37,009 nt of DNA from Guillardia theta CCMP2712 (Eukaryota; Protista; Cryptophyta): the NCBI RefSeq assembly GCF_000315625.1, contig NW_005434572.1, positions 40,631 through 77,639 of the forward strand, in the 5' to 3' direction. The translations under genes and the position numbers were made by a program. Position 1 is the first letter of the stretch. Each line of letters starts with the position of its first letter. Below, piece after piece: positions 23,104 through 34,526 of the stretch. The notes beneath the pieces were generated by a model, which ran no database searches, was not told where the DNA came from, and worked only from the letters and a program-made list of their open reading frames with translations.

Positions 23104-26100
23104 ATGGAGGGAGGACTGCAAGACAGCCAGGGCTATGGCAGCATCGGTGCAAGCTCCAGAGAGAGCACCCAAGGTCCTGCCATCGTGCGCCAATAATCCC
23201 TACACTGACAACCGCACTCGTGGAGCAGGACGGAACCGAAGAGGACCTTTCCTCGTCTTTGCGGCACTGAGTGCTATGATCTTCCTTGCTGTTGTAGGGC
23301 TCAGGAACGAGCGCCATCGAGCTCCCTCGAATGCTCTTGCGATCAAATCGCTGGAAGAGAGGTCGGGAGGCAACCACGGCAATGGTGACACGTACTGTAG
23401 CATGTTCTCAGATCCATCTGGTCAGTATGCGTGCCTCGCACGGATCTCAACTCACATCAGTCTTGCCAGAATGCGAAAAACAAAATTCAGATGTGGTTAC
23501 GAGCGAGAAGTACTGGGGCCCAAGTGAAGTCAGGGGTGAGTTGTGGAAAACTATGAAAGCTCTTGCGGAGGTAAGACATCGCCTTTCATGCTGCTGTAGT
23601 TGTATCGTTGCACCATCCCTTCGTCTGCTTACTTCCTTTCAATCGCACTTCCTTTCAATCGCACTTCCTTTCAGTCGCACTTCCTTTCAGTCGCACTTCC
23701 TTTCAGTCGCACTTCCTTTCACATGAACCTGATTTTTCATAACAGCTCGAACTGCGCGAGAAGGCACAGCATGCACAACAGAGCGCCAAGTCGGATGAGC
23801 AGGAGAGGCTCTTCGAGCTCTTCCGGAAGACCATGTCGAAAGAGGTCAGCGATATCCACAGACTGCAAGAGGACATGCAGAAGAATCACACCCGAGCTTT
23901 CAAACTCCTCGCTTCCGAGATGCTCAAGGGTGCCGACGACTTGAAGAACCGGTCAGACATCGAGACGGCGAGCGTTCGACAGAGTCTGGGGGAGCTGTCA
24001 CAGCAAGAAATCAGCGACAAAGAAAGGTTCCAACTCCCTTGTTTTCGAGGGGTAAAGAGATTGACGCTCTTCTGTCGCAGGATACTCTCAGAAACTAACA
24101 CGAAGACTTCGGAATTAGAGCGGCATATTGAAAACATGCATGAAATTTCGATGTCAACTCTAAATGGAACCGAAGATTATGCGCGACAGGTCGAAGCAGA
24201 TGTGATGAGAGGAGACAGCGACTTGAAAGCAAAGATAGAATCTCTCAAGGAGGAGATTGAAGGGCTCAGTGCCGACGAAAGGGTGCTCCTGGCAAATGCA
24301 ACTCGGTCCTTGGAGCAGGCCTCCGATGAAGAGTCGAGGAATCATGTACTGTTGTTGTCAGATATTGATCGGCAGCTTGCAGATTTGAATTCTACTCTGA
24401 TGAGCCAGTTCTATGATGAGAAGGGTGAAGTTCGAGCGAATCTAAGTAGCACCATGAAAGTGCTCCTTGAAAGTGTGTCGACTTTGCTCAGCGCCTCTCA
24501 CTCAAGATTCGAGACCATGAAGGAAAATGTGGATGAAGTCAGAACAGAACAGGTCAAGAAGAATGAAGATGATGAAGCTGAGTTGTCAAGAATGAAAGCA
24601 AACTTTGTGAAAGATCAACTCAGGATCGATGATGACCTTCACTTCCTCGATGTCAGGATTCAGCAATCATTCTCTCGATTGAGCGAAGCCCAGCAGGAGC
24701 TGCAGCAGCAAGCTGAACTTGACCGTGCGTTTCTCCTGGGCCAGCTGGAAAGCAACGCATCGAGGATTGCTCACTCATCGCACCTCCTCTCCGTCTCAGC
24801 TCGAAATGCCCACAAACAGTTTCAGCAGCACCTGTCGCAGCAGGATGTTCGAGTCGCCGATGAGTCCGCACGCTTGACTTCTGAAGAGGCTGATCGGTTT
24901 CGGGAGAGCAGCGGGACAGTCACCAGCAGCACAGACCAGCTCAACACGAGCCTGGCGACTACCTTGTCCAACGTGCATTCGAAGCTCAGGAACCTTCTGC
25001 ATGGAAGTATGACTCTGGCTTCCCAATCGCTCTCCAGGTTGAACAGTTCGCTGTGGGATCGACATAAAGCCACTGGGCAGACGATGGCAACTTTTCGGTC
25101 CAACCAGGAAGACAACGACCAAGAGCAGGAGCGCGTTCTGCAACGCGTAAAGCAGGATGTGCAAGTCGAACGTGCGCTGAAGGAGAGTCGATACTTCCTG
25201 CTGCAGAACAATGTCACTGCTGCAAGGCTCTTCCTCCTGCGGCTGAAGGAGCAGCTCTTGAAGAGGCAGCACGATGATGTGGAGAGACTCTCAGTGGAGA
25301 AGGGGACAAGAATGACTGAGTCGGACCAACGACTTGAGCAATCCACAGACAAGACTTTCGAGACAGAGAAGAGGTTCTTTGGAGAGAAATCTGATCATGC
25401 AACTCAGAGAGCGAATGCGGTTCAGAACAAGGTTGAGGAGACGGAAAGCAGCGTTCGTTCAGGGGTGGAGCAACTACAGAGGATGCAGCAGAATCAAGAA
25501 ATCAGCATGACAGGAGGACGTCACGATCTTATCGGCAAGATGCAATCAGACTCCCAGGATATCAATTGGATGCTTGAGGAACGCGTGAATCAAATAGCCC
25601 AGCTGAAACAGCAGCTGCATGCCAGCATGGAGCAGGAGGAGCAGTCAATCAGCGCGGAGAAAGGAAAGTTGGATGTGAAGCTGGTAGAGGCATCGAACCA
25701 GACAACACAGGCCCTGCTCGAGAGGATCGCAAAAGTGGAGCAAGACATCAGGAGGGACATGTTGCAAACCATCTCCGCCCTAGTGTTCAAGTCTGACACG
25801 CTGAAGAATCTCTCCCTTGCTCATTCGGCCGCCCTCTCCTCCAACATGACAGCTTGGTCGAACGAAGAGGAGACGCAGTTCCTGCAGTCCGAAGCTTCGA
25901 TGGAGCACGTGAAGTTATCAGTGTCGACTTCCATGCAGGTAAGAGATCGGGTCGAGATGTGGACGAGCTGACGTTTTTTTCTCGCAGGAAGCCTCGAATC
26001 TCCTTGCGGCCATGCAGGAGAGCCTCAAGGCCTCCGACTCTCAGTTGAACGGTGTGCTTGTCACTCTCGAGCAGCAGCAGCGCAGCAGCGCTGCCCGAGT

Positions 26101-29100
26101 GAACCGATCGACCGTGAACGGGTTGGAGGACCTCTTGAAGGCGAAGATGGAGAAGGCGAGGGAGGAACACCTTGCGGTGATGGAGGCGCTGGCCGAGCGG
26201 TTCGGAGCGATGAGGAAGCGAGTGGATGTGTTGGAGGGGGCATGCAATCTCACCCTGAGCATGTCCAATGAGGAGATCGGGAAGTTGCGGTCGGAAGAGG
26301 AAGCGTTCATGCGGCGCCACGAGGGGCTGGTGGACTCTCTGAGGAGAGAGATCGAGAATGACGCGCACGCGATCGACAGCAGGTTGACAGCGTTGAGCAG
26401 TCAGCTGCATGCTGGGGGAGCGAAGCTCCTGCAGGAGACAGGAGAAGTAAAGAGAGTGCAGGAGCAGAGCATCAAGGACGTGGAGGGCTTCGTAGATCAT
26501 GCCGTGAATGCTTCCTCCAAAAACTTTACAGCTGCTCTTCTCCTCCAGAAGGCGGACTTGCATGCGGCACTTGTGCGTACGATCAAGTCCTGGAACGATG
26601 AGCTGCTGGAGGACGAGGAGGAGAACCACCAGAAGCTTGCGGACGCTGAGAGCAAGTTCGAGCAGCTAAAGTCGCAGCATGACCAGCATAGGCTCCTCAT
26701 ATCTGGTCGCCTGCAGCAGCTGCTGACTGCCCTTGAGACCAACCGAGATGCTGCCGAGGAGGCGATCTCAACGCTGCATGCTGGCATCGTGAACTTGCAG
26801 CGCCGGCTGAACGAGACGGCCGAGTCTGTGCTGAGGAAGCGCTCGACCGACAGCGCGATGATCAAGGAGGAGATCACTCGCGCTCTCAGCGGTGTGAAGG
26901 CAGGACTGATGGCGAGCATGCGAGACCACAAGAAGACGCTAGACGAGGACCTCAAGGAGCAGGCGACTCGTGTTAGTGACGGGATCGTACACCTCATCAG
27001 GGAGGAGGACGCGTCATCGGCGAGCCTCAACGCCTCCTGGAGGGCGCAAGTAAGCGAGCAACGCTCGCTGAACGCGCAGCTGGAGGTCAAGATGCAAGCG
27101 CTGAAGCTTCAGCTGAAGAGGATGAGGGATGATGCGCAGAGGGACGTGCTCCAGCTGACGTCTGCCTTGGAGGAGGTCAAGAGTGCTGCAGATACCAGCA
27201 GGACCCAACTGGCCGCAAACTCTCAGCAGGACCTCGACGACCTCTCGTCCAAGATCGAACGTGCCAAGATCTCGCTGCTCGCTGCCAAAGAGCAAGTGTC
27301 TGCTGATCTGCAGCAGAAGATCGCACAAGCTGGTGTGGACCTGGACACGATGGTGGGCAAGATCAAAGGAGCTGAGCAGCGGCTGAGGGAGAAACACGGG
27401 GCAGACACGGTGAAGTTGAAGCAGGAGCTCTCCTCCAGCCTGACCTCCCTGAGCTCCAAGGTCAGCAAGCAGATCCAGGACACCATCGATGGCATCCGGT
27501 CTTGGGTTGACCAGAAGACAGGGGCGCTAGAGAGCAACATCGCGAGTCTACAGAGTGAGGCAGAGGAAGCAGAGCTGGACCTGCGGACGAAGATCCGTGC
27601 GCTCGACGAGAGGGAGGCGAACAACGCTGCGCAGCAGAGGGAGGACGTCGAGAGAGCACGGCGAGACCAGCGGAGCTACAGGGGAGGGTTAGCGGAGAGG
27701 GTGCGAGCGCTGGCAGCCAACATCTCCAGTGCGGCAGCAGACGCAAATTCGAAGCTGTCGGAGTTGAAGTCGAACGTGAGGCGAAGGGACTCGGAGGTCG
27801 CTGCGCAGATCTCATCGGCCGTTGCGAGGACGAAGGAGGCGCTGGCGGGGCTCTTATCCCAGCTGATCCCCTCCTCGTCTAAGAAGCTCACTGATCGCCT
27901 GCGCGAAGCTGCAGAGAGCCTCGACCAGGAGGTAGCAGCTATGAGCAGCAAGCAGAACGAGCTGACGTCACGACTGAGCGGGCTTCAAGGAGGGAACGCG
28001 AGGAGGGAGAGGGAGTTCGAGCAGGACATCGAGGGGATGAAGGAGAAGATGTGGTTGCTGAAACGAGAGCTGTCGCACAACCAGACGGCTGTGAACGAGG
28101 AGGTCGATCACATCCTGGACGTGATTCACTCGCAGCAGGCGAACATCATCCGCAACCGGCAGCGCGAGTTCGAGACCTTCGGCCGCGCGTCGGCAAGGGA
28201 GGCCGACGAGCTGCAGGACAACATCACCAAGACGATCCAGCAGAGTTCCGCTCCCTCCAGTGACGTCGACCGGGCCCGGCAGGCTATCCAGGCCTCCATG
28301 TCGTCTCTGCGGGAGTACTTGCGGCAGATTGAGGGGAACGCGTCGTCGTTCGGGTCCGAGGAGCGGGTGGGTTTCCGCGAGAAGCGAGCACAGACTCTAG
28401 CTGTCAACTCGACAAGCAGGTCCTGGCAGGAGGCGACAACGAAGAAGATCGAAGACTTGGACAGAACCGTGGACGAGGTGACGTCACAGTCTCGCACCAA
28501 GAGGACGAGGATGAACGAGAAGCTCAGCAGCCTGCAGGCCATGCTGAAGAGGATCGAGTGGGGGCTGCGGCAGGTGGGCAACATGCAGGCAGAGCTGGAG
28601 CCGGTGAAGTCAAATATGGAAGCTCTGTCGAGGAGGATAGGAGAGGAGTACAGCGCTTCAGATGCACGGGTGGAGAGGGAGGTGGCGAAGCTTGTGCGAT
28701 GGAGGGAGGAGATGAGCTCGCTCAAGCTGAGGATGGAGGAGGCGGTGGAGCAGGAGGCGACGAGGCGCAAGGAGGCCAACGGGAACATCACCGGATGGCT
28801 GGAGGAGGCGAACGAGCAGATGGGAGAGATCGAGAGAGACATCCAGGCGCTTCAACGCCGAAGGGAAGAGTTCATCGAGTCTCAGCCTCCTCCTCCTCCC
28901 CCGCCCCCTCCTCCTCCCCCCCCTCCAGCCTTCGTGAGACCACCTCTCCTACCGGGTGTGACTCCTCCTCCCCTTCCTCTGCTGTGGTGGGACCGTCGCA
29001 CGGAGACGGACGGAGTGGAGCAGGTGGACGGCAAGGTCGTGCTGGGGGCGGCGACAACTGGGCAGCTGTCAGGGTCGATCGCTCTCTCCGCCAACGGCAA

Positions 29101-30539
29101 GTGGATCGTGCACGTAGTAGTGTACGCGTCCGATGGCGGGGACTCTGGGGACACGCTGCAGGTGACGATCAACGGGGTGCCCATGGAGGCCGTCAAGAAC
29201 AACCGGAGGAAGGGAGCGCCATGTGTGGGGACCACGTGCTTGAGCAAGAAGGGCATCTACATGCTCTCCACCTCCATCGTCGGCGATCAGGTCCTGCTCC
29301 TGCCCCTGCCCCTGCCCCTGCCCCTGCCCCTGCCCCTGCCCCTGCTCCTGCCCCTGCTCCTGCTCCTCCTGTACTTCCTCTCTCTCTCTCTCTCCTTCTC
29401 TCCCTCCTGTACCTCTTTGTCTTTACCTTTCCCTCCCACTAGTACTTTTCTTGACCGTCCTGGTCAGGTGGACTACAAGTTTCAGTGGCAGAGCTCTAGC
29501 GGGCAGGAGGAGAAGCACATGTTCCTCGGAGCAGGGGAGGCAGTCTTCGTGGGAGATCCCAGCGAGACCCCCGACGTGCCGTCAGCTCGCAACTACGGCA
29601 CCACGATTTCTGTCATCAATGGGGTGGACGGAAAGTCTCTGGGCAAGGGCAGGAAGTCATCGGATGGGGCGGAGGAGCGAGGCTTCGAGATGCCTAAGGA
29701 CCCTCGTCTCTTCCTACTCCTCGGGAAGGCGCTGGTGTGGGACGGCATCGTTGACGGGGCGGAGGCGACGCTGAATGTGCCTCCTCCTCCTCCAGGGAGG
29801 AAGTACACGTGCGTTGTGACTCAGGCGGGGATGATGTCGCTGTATCAGGAGAACTGCGACGTCGGGGTGGAGCGCAAAGCTGAGCTGTCCATGTCGCCCG
29901 TGCTGGCGCCCGGCTCAGCTCGCTTCATCCTCTCATGGGGCAAGCAGCCGTCCGATCTGGACATTCACATGCTCGTTCCGGGGGTGGGAGGAGCGTCCGG
30001 CTGCGAGGTGAGCTGGAGGAACAAGGACTGCTTCGGGGAGGCGCGACTGGACTTGGACAACACGCAAGGGTACGGCCCCGAGACCATCTCCCTCTCGAGG
30101 ATGCGACCAGGCAAGTACATCGTCTTCGTCAAGGAGTACAACGGAAACCCACGGGCTCCCATGTGGGGCGTCTCGTCTGCTACTGTCACCTACTACTCAC
30201 CAGACATCGGAAGGTCTGCCCTGCACCTCCTCCTCCTCCTTGAGGACTTGCAAGCTCAAGTGTCACTGTCACTGTCGTGTCTTGACCTCACTGTGATCCT
30301 TCTACTTCTTTTAACATCTGATTCCTCCTCCTTCTCATCTCTTCTCTTTTTATCTCCTCTCCTCTCCTCTCCCTCTCTCATCCTCCATCGTTGCTCTCTT
30401 CTGAGATGTTGGCAGCATGGTGTACAAGGTCGGACAGGACGGCTACGTCGACGGCATCCACTGGCTGGTCCTGACGGTCGACGGAACTTCCAAGTTTCCT
30501 GAGGCCTGCACGCAGAGCACTTGCCCAGCACAGACATGA
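23104..30539 (+). CDS. Giant type II membrane protein (~2,200 aa): short tail, one TM, ~1,700-aa coiled-coil stalk, polyproline, beta-rich domains, C-terminal YfaP/DUF2135-like domain
   Basis: Spliced N-terminus MEGGLQDSQGYGSIG..RNRRGPFLVFAALSAMIFLAVVGLR (intron 23174-23228 with a CTGAC branch-like site); further introns near 23421, 23571, 24028, 25939, 29291-29467 and 30214 join ORFs 23833-25971 and 26012-30502; C-terminal LSWGKQPSDLDIH..LDLDNTQGYGPETISL..PGKYIVFVKEY; last exon MVYKVGQDG..CPAQT*. Confidence 0.82.
23631..23721 (+). repeat. 16-bp minisatellite (ACTTCCTTTCARTCGC)x~5.5, intronic
   Basis: First two units carry A, the later three G at the variable site. Confidence 0.95.
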
Positions 30540-30740
30540 ACTTATTCTTTGAGGGGAGGGAGGGAGGGAGGGAGGGAGGGAGGGAGGAGGAGGAGGAGGA
30601 GGAGGAGGAGGAAAGGATCGGGATGTGTAGTATGAAGATGAAGTAGTACAAGGTGACTTGACTGCTTCGCGTCCTCTACTCTTGTCGTACCCTCGCTCTC
30701 CTCTTCCTTCCTCACTCCCCTCAGCCTCCTCGTCCTCGTC

Positions 30741-31465
30741 TCACACAAGCTGAGTTGTGTTGGCTGGCTTGCGGTTCAGCGTGACGGTGAAAACTTGAGA
30801 GGCGCGAGAGAGTTCTAGGGTGACCTGAAGTGATAGTGAGACAGAGGGGGAGACAGAGGAAGGAGGAGGAGGTAGGAAGAGGAGGAGATAGGAAGAGCAG
30901 GTAGAAAAAGGGGGGGGGGGGGCGAGGAGGAGGAGGAAGATGATGATGACTGGCATTGAGAAGATTCTTACCTCCGTCCCCTCCATTCCGACAAGATTCT
31001 GAAAAACTTCTTGCAAGTCCCCCATGACTTTCCCATCGATCTTCTCCAGGACGTCGTTGGGCTGCAAAGGAAAATCAGCCTCCTCCTTCCACCTTCACCC
31101 TCTCCTGCTCCTGCTCCCCTCTCCCCCAATCACTTCGGTCCTCCTTCTCCTCCTCCTCCTCCTCCTCCTCCTCCTCCCTCTCTTCCCCCCTCCGCCGGCT
31201 CTACCTGGATCTTCTTGCAATCTGCAGCAGCTCCTCCAGGAACAATGGACTGCACGAAGATCTTCCCCTCCAGCACTTGGTCGGTCTCGTCCTTGGCAAA
31301 GACGATGCCGACGCCGCAGCGAGGATTGCGAGGCGCGGAGGCTCCGAGCTTGACGCGCGACTTGGACAACTCGAGCTGGTTCCTGTTGCGAGAGATGAGC
31401 CAGGAAAGAAGAGCAGGAGACAAGAATGAGTACGAGGTATCGAGAGCGTTACAGGAAGAGGGGAG

Positions 31466-31523
<58 letters not shown>

Positions 31524-33309
31524 AGTGGTGATGATGATGATGGTGATGATGGAGATGGTGGTGGTGGTAGTGATGATGATGATGATGATGATGATGATAA
31601 GGAGGAGGACGGGAGGAGAGGAGGAGCAAAGGAGAGTAGGAGGAGGGGATAGAATCTACCTGAGCTCCTTGATGATCTCATCGCACTTCATGTGCTCGTC
31701 CCGCAAATTCTTGAGCTCTCCCTCAGCGCGGCTTCTGCCCTCCTGCTCCTCCTTGAGCTGCTTCTTCAGCCTCTCGATCTCCTCGTCTCTCGACTTGAGC
31801 GCATCCCCCATGCCCCTCAGCTGCGCCATGACCGTCAGGCGTACCGAGGGGAAGAAGGATACGAGAGCTGACCTTGGCAAGCTCTTCCTTCATGTCTGCA
31901 TTCTCCTTCTGCAGCTTCTCCAGCAGAGCGCTGTTCCCCTTCTCGGACTTGAGGTCGTCGGCGAGCTGTGATGGGCTTAGAGGCTAGCGGAAACTGAGGA
32001 TGAGAGAGGGGAGGGGAGGGAGGGGAGGGAAAGCAAGTGTGATAAGAGCAGGAGACATCAGGAGAACAAGGGGGAGACAAGGAGGAAAAACAGAGTCTCT
32101 GTCAAAGACGAGAGAACAAACAGTAGAGGAGGAGAAAGAGAATGAAGGACGAGGACTGTAGGGGTCGAAGGGATCGGGAGGAAGAGGAGCAGCGCGAACC
32201 TTCTGGAAGAACTTCATGTCCTGTACGTAGATGGCGCGGAGCTGAGCCAGGAGCTCCTTGAGCTTCTTGACGAAGATGATCCCCTCCAGCTGCATTGCCT
32301 GCACGTTGTCAACGATGGTCTGGTCGTGGACAGCGTCGGCCTCGAGCATGTTGGTCCACAAGGTGATGGACTCGTCGACGATGGAAGCGACGTCTCTGTC
32401 CTGACTCTTCACTGCGTGATCCTTGACGGCTGTGAAGAGCTCGAACATCTTCTTCTTGTCCGCCAGCTCCCCCGTCGCCATCCTCGCCAGCGCGACGTCG
32501 AATTCCTCCTGCCGTATCCATGCTCAGAAGAAACCTGCCCTTCTCCTAAACCTGCCCTTCTCCTTCTCCTTCTCCTTCTCCTTCTCCTTCTCCTTCTCCT
32601 TCTCCTCCTACTAACATCAGCAATCCCAACGACCTCTTGCTACTCATATCTCAACCTCTCTCTTTCTTCTTCCCTCTCTCCTCCTCCTTCCTCCCTTTTC
32701 CTTCCTCCCTGCTCCCTGCTCCCTGCTCCCTGCTCCCTGCTCCCTCCCGCTCTCTCCATCTTCCCTGCTCCCTCCTTTGCCGCCCTCACCCTGTTTCGCT
32801 GTAGGGTGAGCACCACCAGCGAGCCAGGAACATCCTCTCCTCGGAGAAGGTCGAGGACGTTGTCGGAGGTACAGCTCTTGCCATCAACTTTCAAGATCGT
32901 GTCTCCCTTCGCCATCTTCTTGCTGTTGGCCGCCGGCCCTCCAGTCAGAAGGTTGTCGATTACCACACCCTTGATCATAATCCCCACCTGCGTGCAAGTC
33001 AGCTCCTCTTCCTCCTCGCCACCCGCGCGCTGACGGTGGAGCGAGAGCCGGCGCTTGCGTTGGCGAATGTTTGCGTCTCGACCTGCTCCCGGGTGAGACA
33101 AGTGCGAGAGAGGAGGGCCGGGATGTTTTCACCGACAAGACGTCCTTCTCTATGAGAGTATGCATGAGATCGCAGTAGGACTCGCTCTTCTCGATCAGCT
33201 TCTCCAGCGCATACAGGCGGTCTTGAACGGAGTCTTGCTGCTCGAAATCACTTGGTTTCTGCTCCGTCGAGCTTTCATCCTTCTTTCCGAAGATGCCAAA
33301 AAGATCCAT
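30741..33309 (-). CDS. PDZ - coiled coil - PDZ scaffold-like protein; multi-exon
   Basis: PDZ1 VGIMIKGVVIDNLLTGGPAANSKKMAKGDTILKVDG..LRGEDVPGSLVVLTLQR; helical/coiled-coil middle (EIERLKKQLKEEQE); spliced PDZ2 CGVGIVF..IFVQSIVPGGAAADCKKIQPNDVLEKIDG..GMEGTEVTLELSR..FTVTLNR. Confidence 0.85.
31467..31597 (+). repeat. (GAT)n/(GGT)n microsatellite, intronic in the PDZ-CC-PDZ gene
   Basis: Directly visible; source of spurious poly-D/H/M/S ORFs. Confidence 0.95.
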
Positions 33310-33722
33310 GACTGCAACTGCCGAGTGAGAAAACTTGCGTCAGTCTTCACTCTCCTCATCGACGCATGCACATAACAAGCAATTATGGAGAAAACACCAG
33401 AGTGGAGATCTCTCCCTCCCTCCCTCCCTCCCTCCCTCCCTCCCTCCCGGAGGAAGGAAACAGTCACCGGGATCTCCTCAGCACTCGCTATCTCCTGGCG
33501 CTGAACCCGACGAAGGCCTCCAACCGACTTGCGGTGAGTGACTCGTATGTGGCGACAGGACGGGATAGAGTGAACGTCATGAGCAGCTGATGAAACTTGA
33601 CGAGGAAAGCTACGTCGAGGCCATGCTGGGGGATATGACACGCCTGCGGCGATGAAATCAGCTGCCTGGGTGCATCTCCTCCCTTCCTCCTCTTCTCACT
33701 TCCTTTCCATCTTGCCCTCCTC

Positions 33723-33822
33723 NNNNNNNNNNNNNNNNNNNNNNNNNNNNNNNNNNNNNNNNNNNNNNNNNNNNNNNNNNNNNNNNNNNNNNNNNNNNNN
33801 NNNNNNNNNNNNNNNNNNNNNN
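33723..33822. other. Assembly gap (100 N)
   Basis: N run flanked by CT-rich repeats. Confidence 0.99.
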
Positions 33823-34526
33823 TCCCTCCCTCCCTCCCTCCCTCCCCTCCCTCGCTCTGTCTCTGTCTCTGTCTCTGTCTCTGTCGTCGTCTCCGTCGCC
33901 CTCTCCCTCCCTCCTTCCCTCTCCCTCCCTCCCTCCCTCCCTCTTCCGCAACAGAGGTATCTTGTTCTCGGAGCAGACGGGTCGGAAGCCGGAGACCCTC
34001 CGAAATAAGTGGTAGGGGTACATAATGGTGGGGTGTAGGACACCTTTGGGATAAAAAGGAGGGGTACATGCAGTATATATGGTAGTAAATGATCTCTATT
34101 TAAGGTGGAATGTGAGGGTAGGGTTAATTATGGGGGTGGTAGTGGTATGAACGCGGGGGTGGTCCATATGCAAGGGATCACTGAAATCTCCATTGTAAGT
34201 ACAAAAAATGCTTTAGATTAGTTTAGCAGCACACGTAGCAGGAGGAGGAGGAGGAGCAGCAGCAGCAGCAGCAGGTCTCTCCCTACTGCTTCTCCTGCTC
34301 TTTATCCTTATCTCGTTGATCCACCTCATGCGAACAGGCTGACGTGAGTGCATTGATTCTACCATGTGGAAGTTGAACGATGCCGAGAGGAGCAGAGAAA
34401 CGGCAGAAGGACACAGCGGTGCTGGAGGAGTCGGCACATTCAAATCGACCAAGCAGGAGTGGATTGATCGCGATCGCATATGACAAAAGAGGGAAGGCTA
34501 AGAACGGATTGGGTGAGTTTACAGAT

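Noticed and set aside
23631-23721. 16-bp and 10-bp (6745-6830) repeats as CRISPR arrays
   Set aside because: Head-to-tail with no spacers, intronic, eukaryotic context.
29291-30416. Extra TM helices (LLLPLPLP.., LTVILLLLLT..) in the 1496-aa ORF
   Set aside because: They fall in CT-rich GT-AG introns read through in frame.
31011-31971. Poly-His/Asp/Met/Ser proteins in the ORF track
   Set aside because: Readings of an intronic (GAT)n microsatellite.
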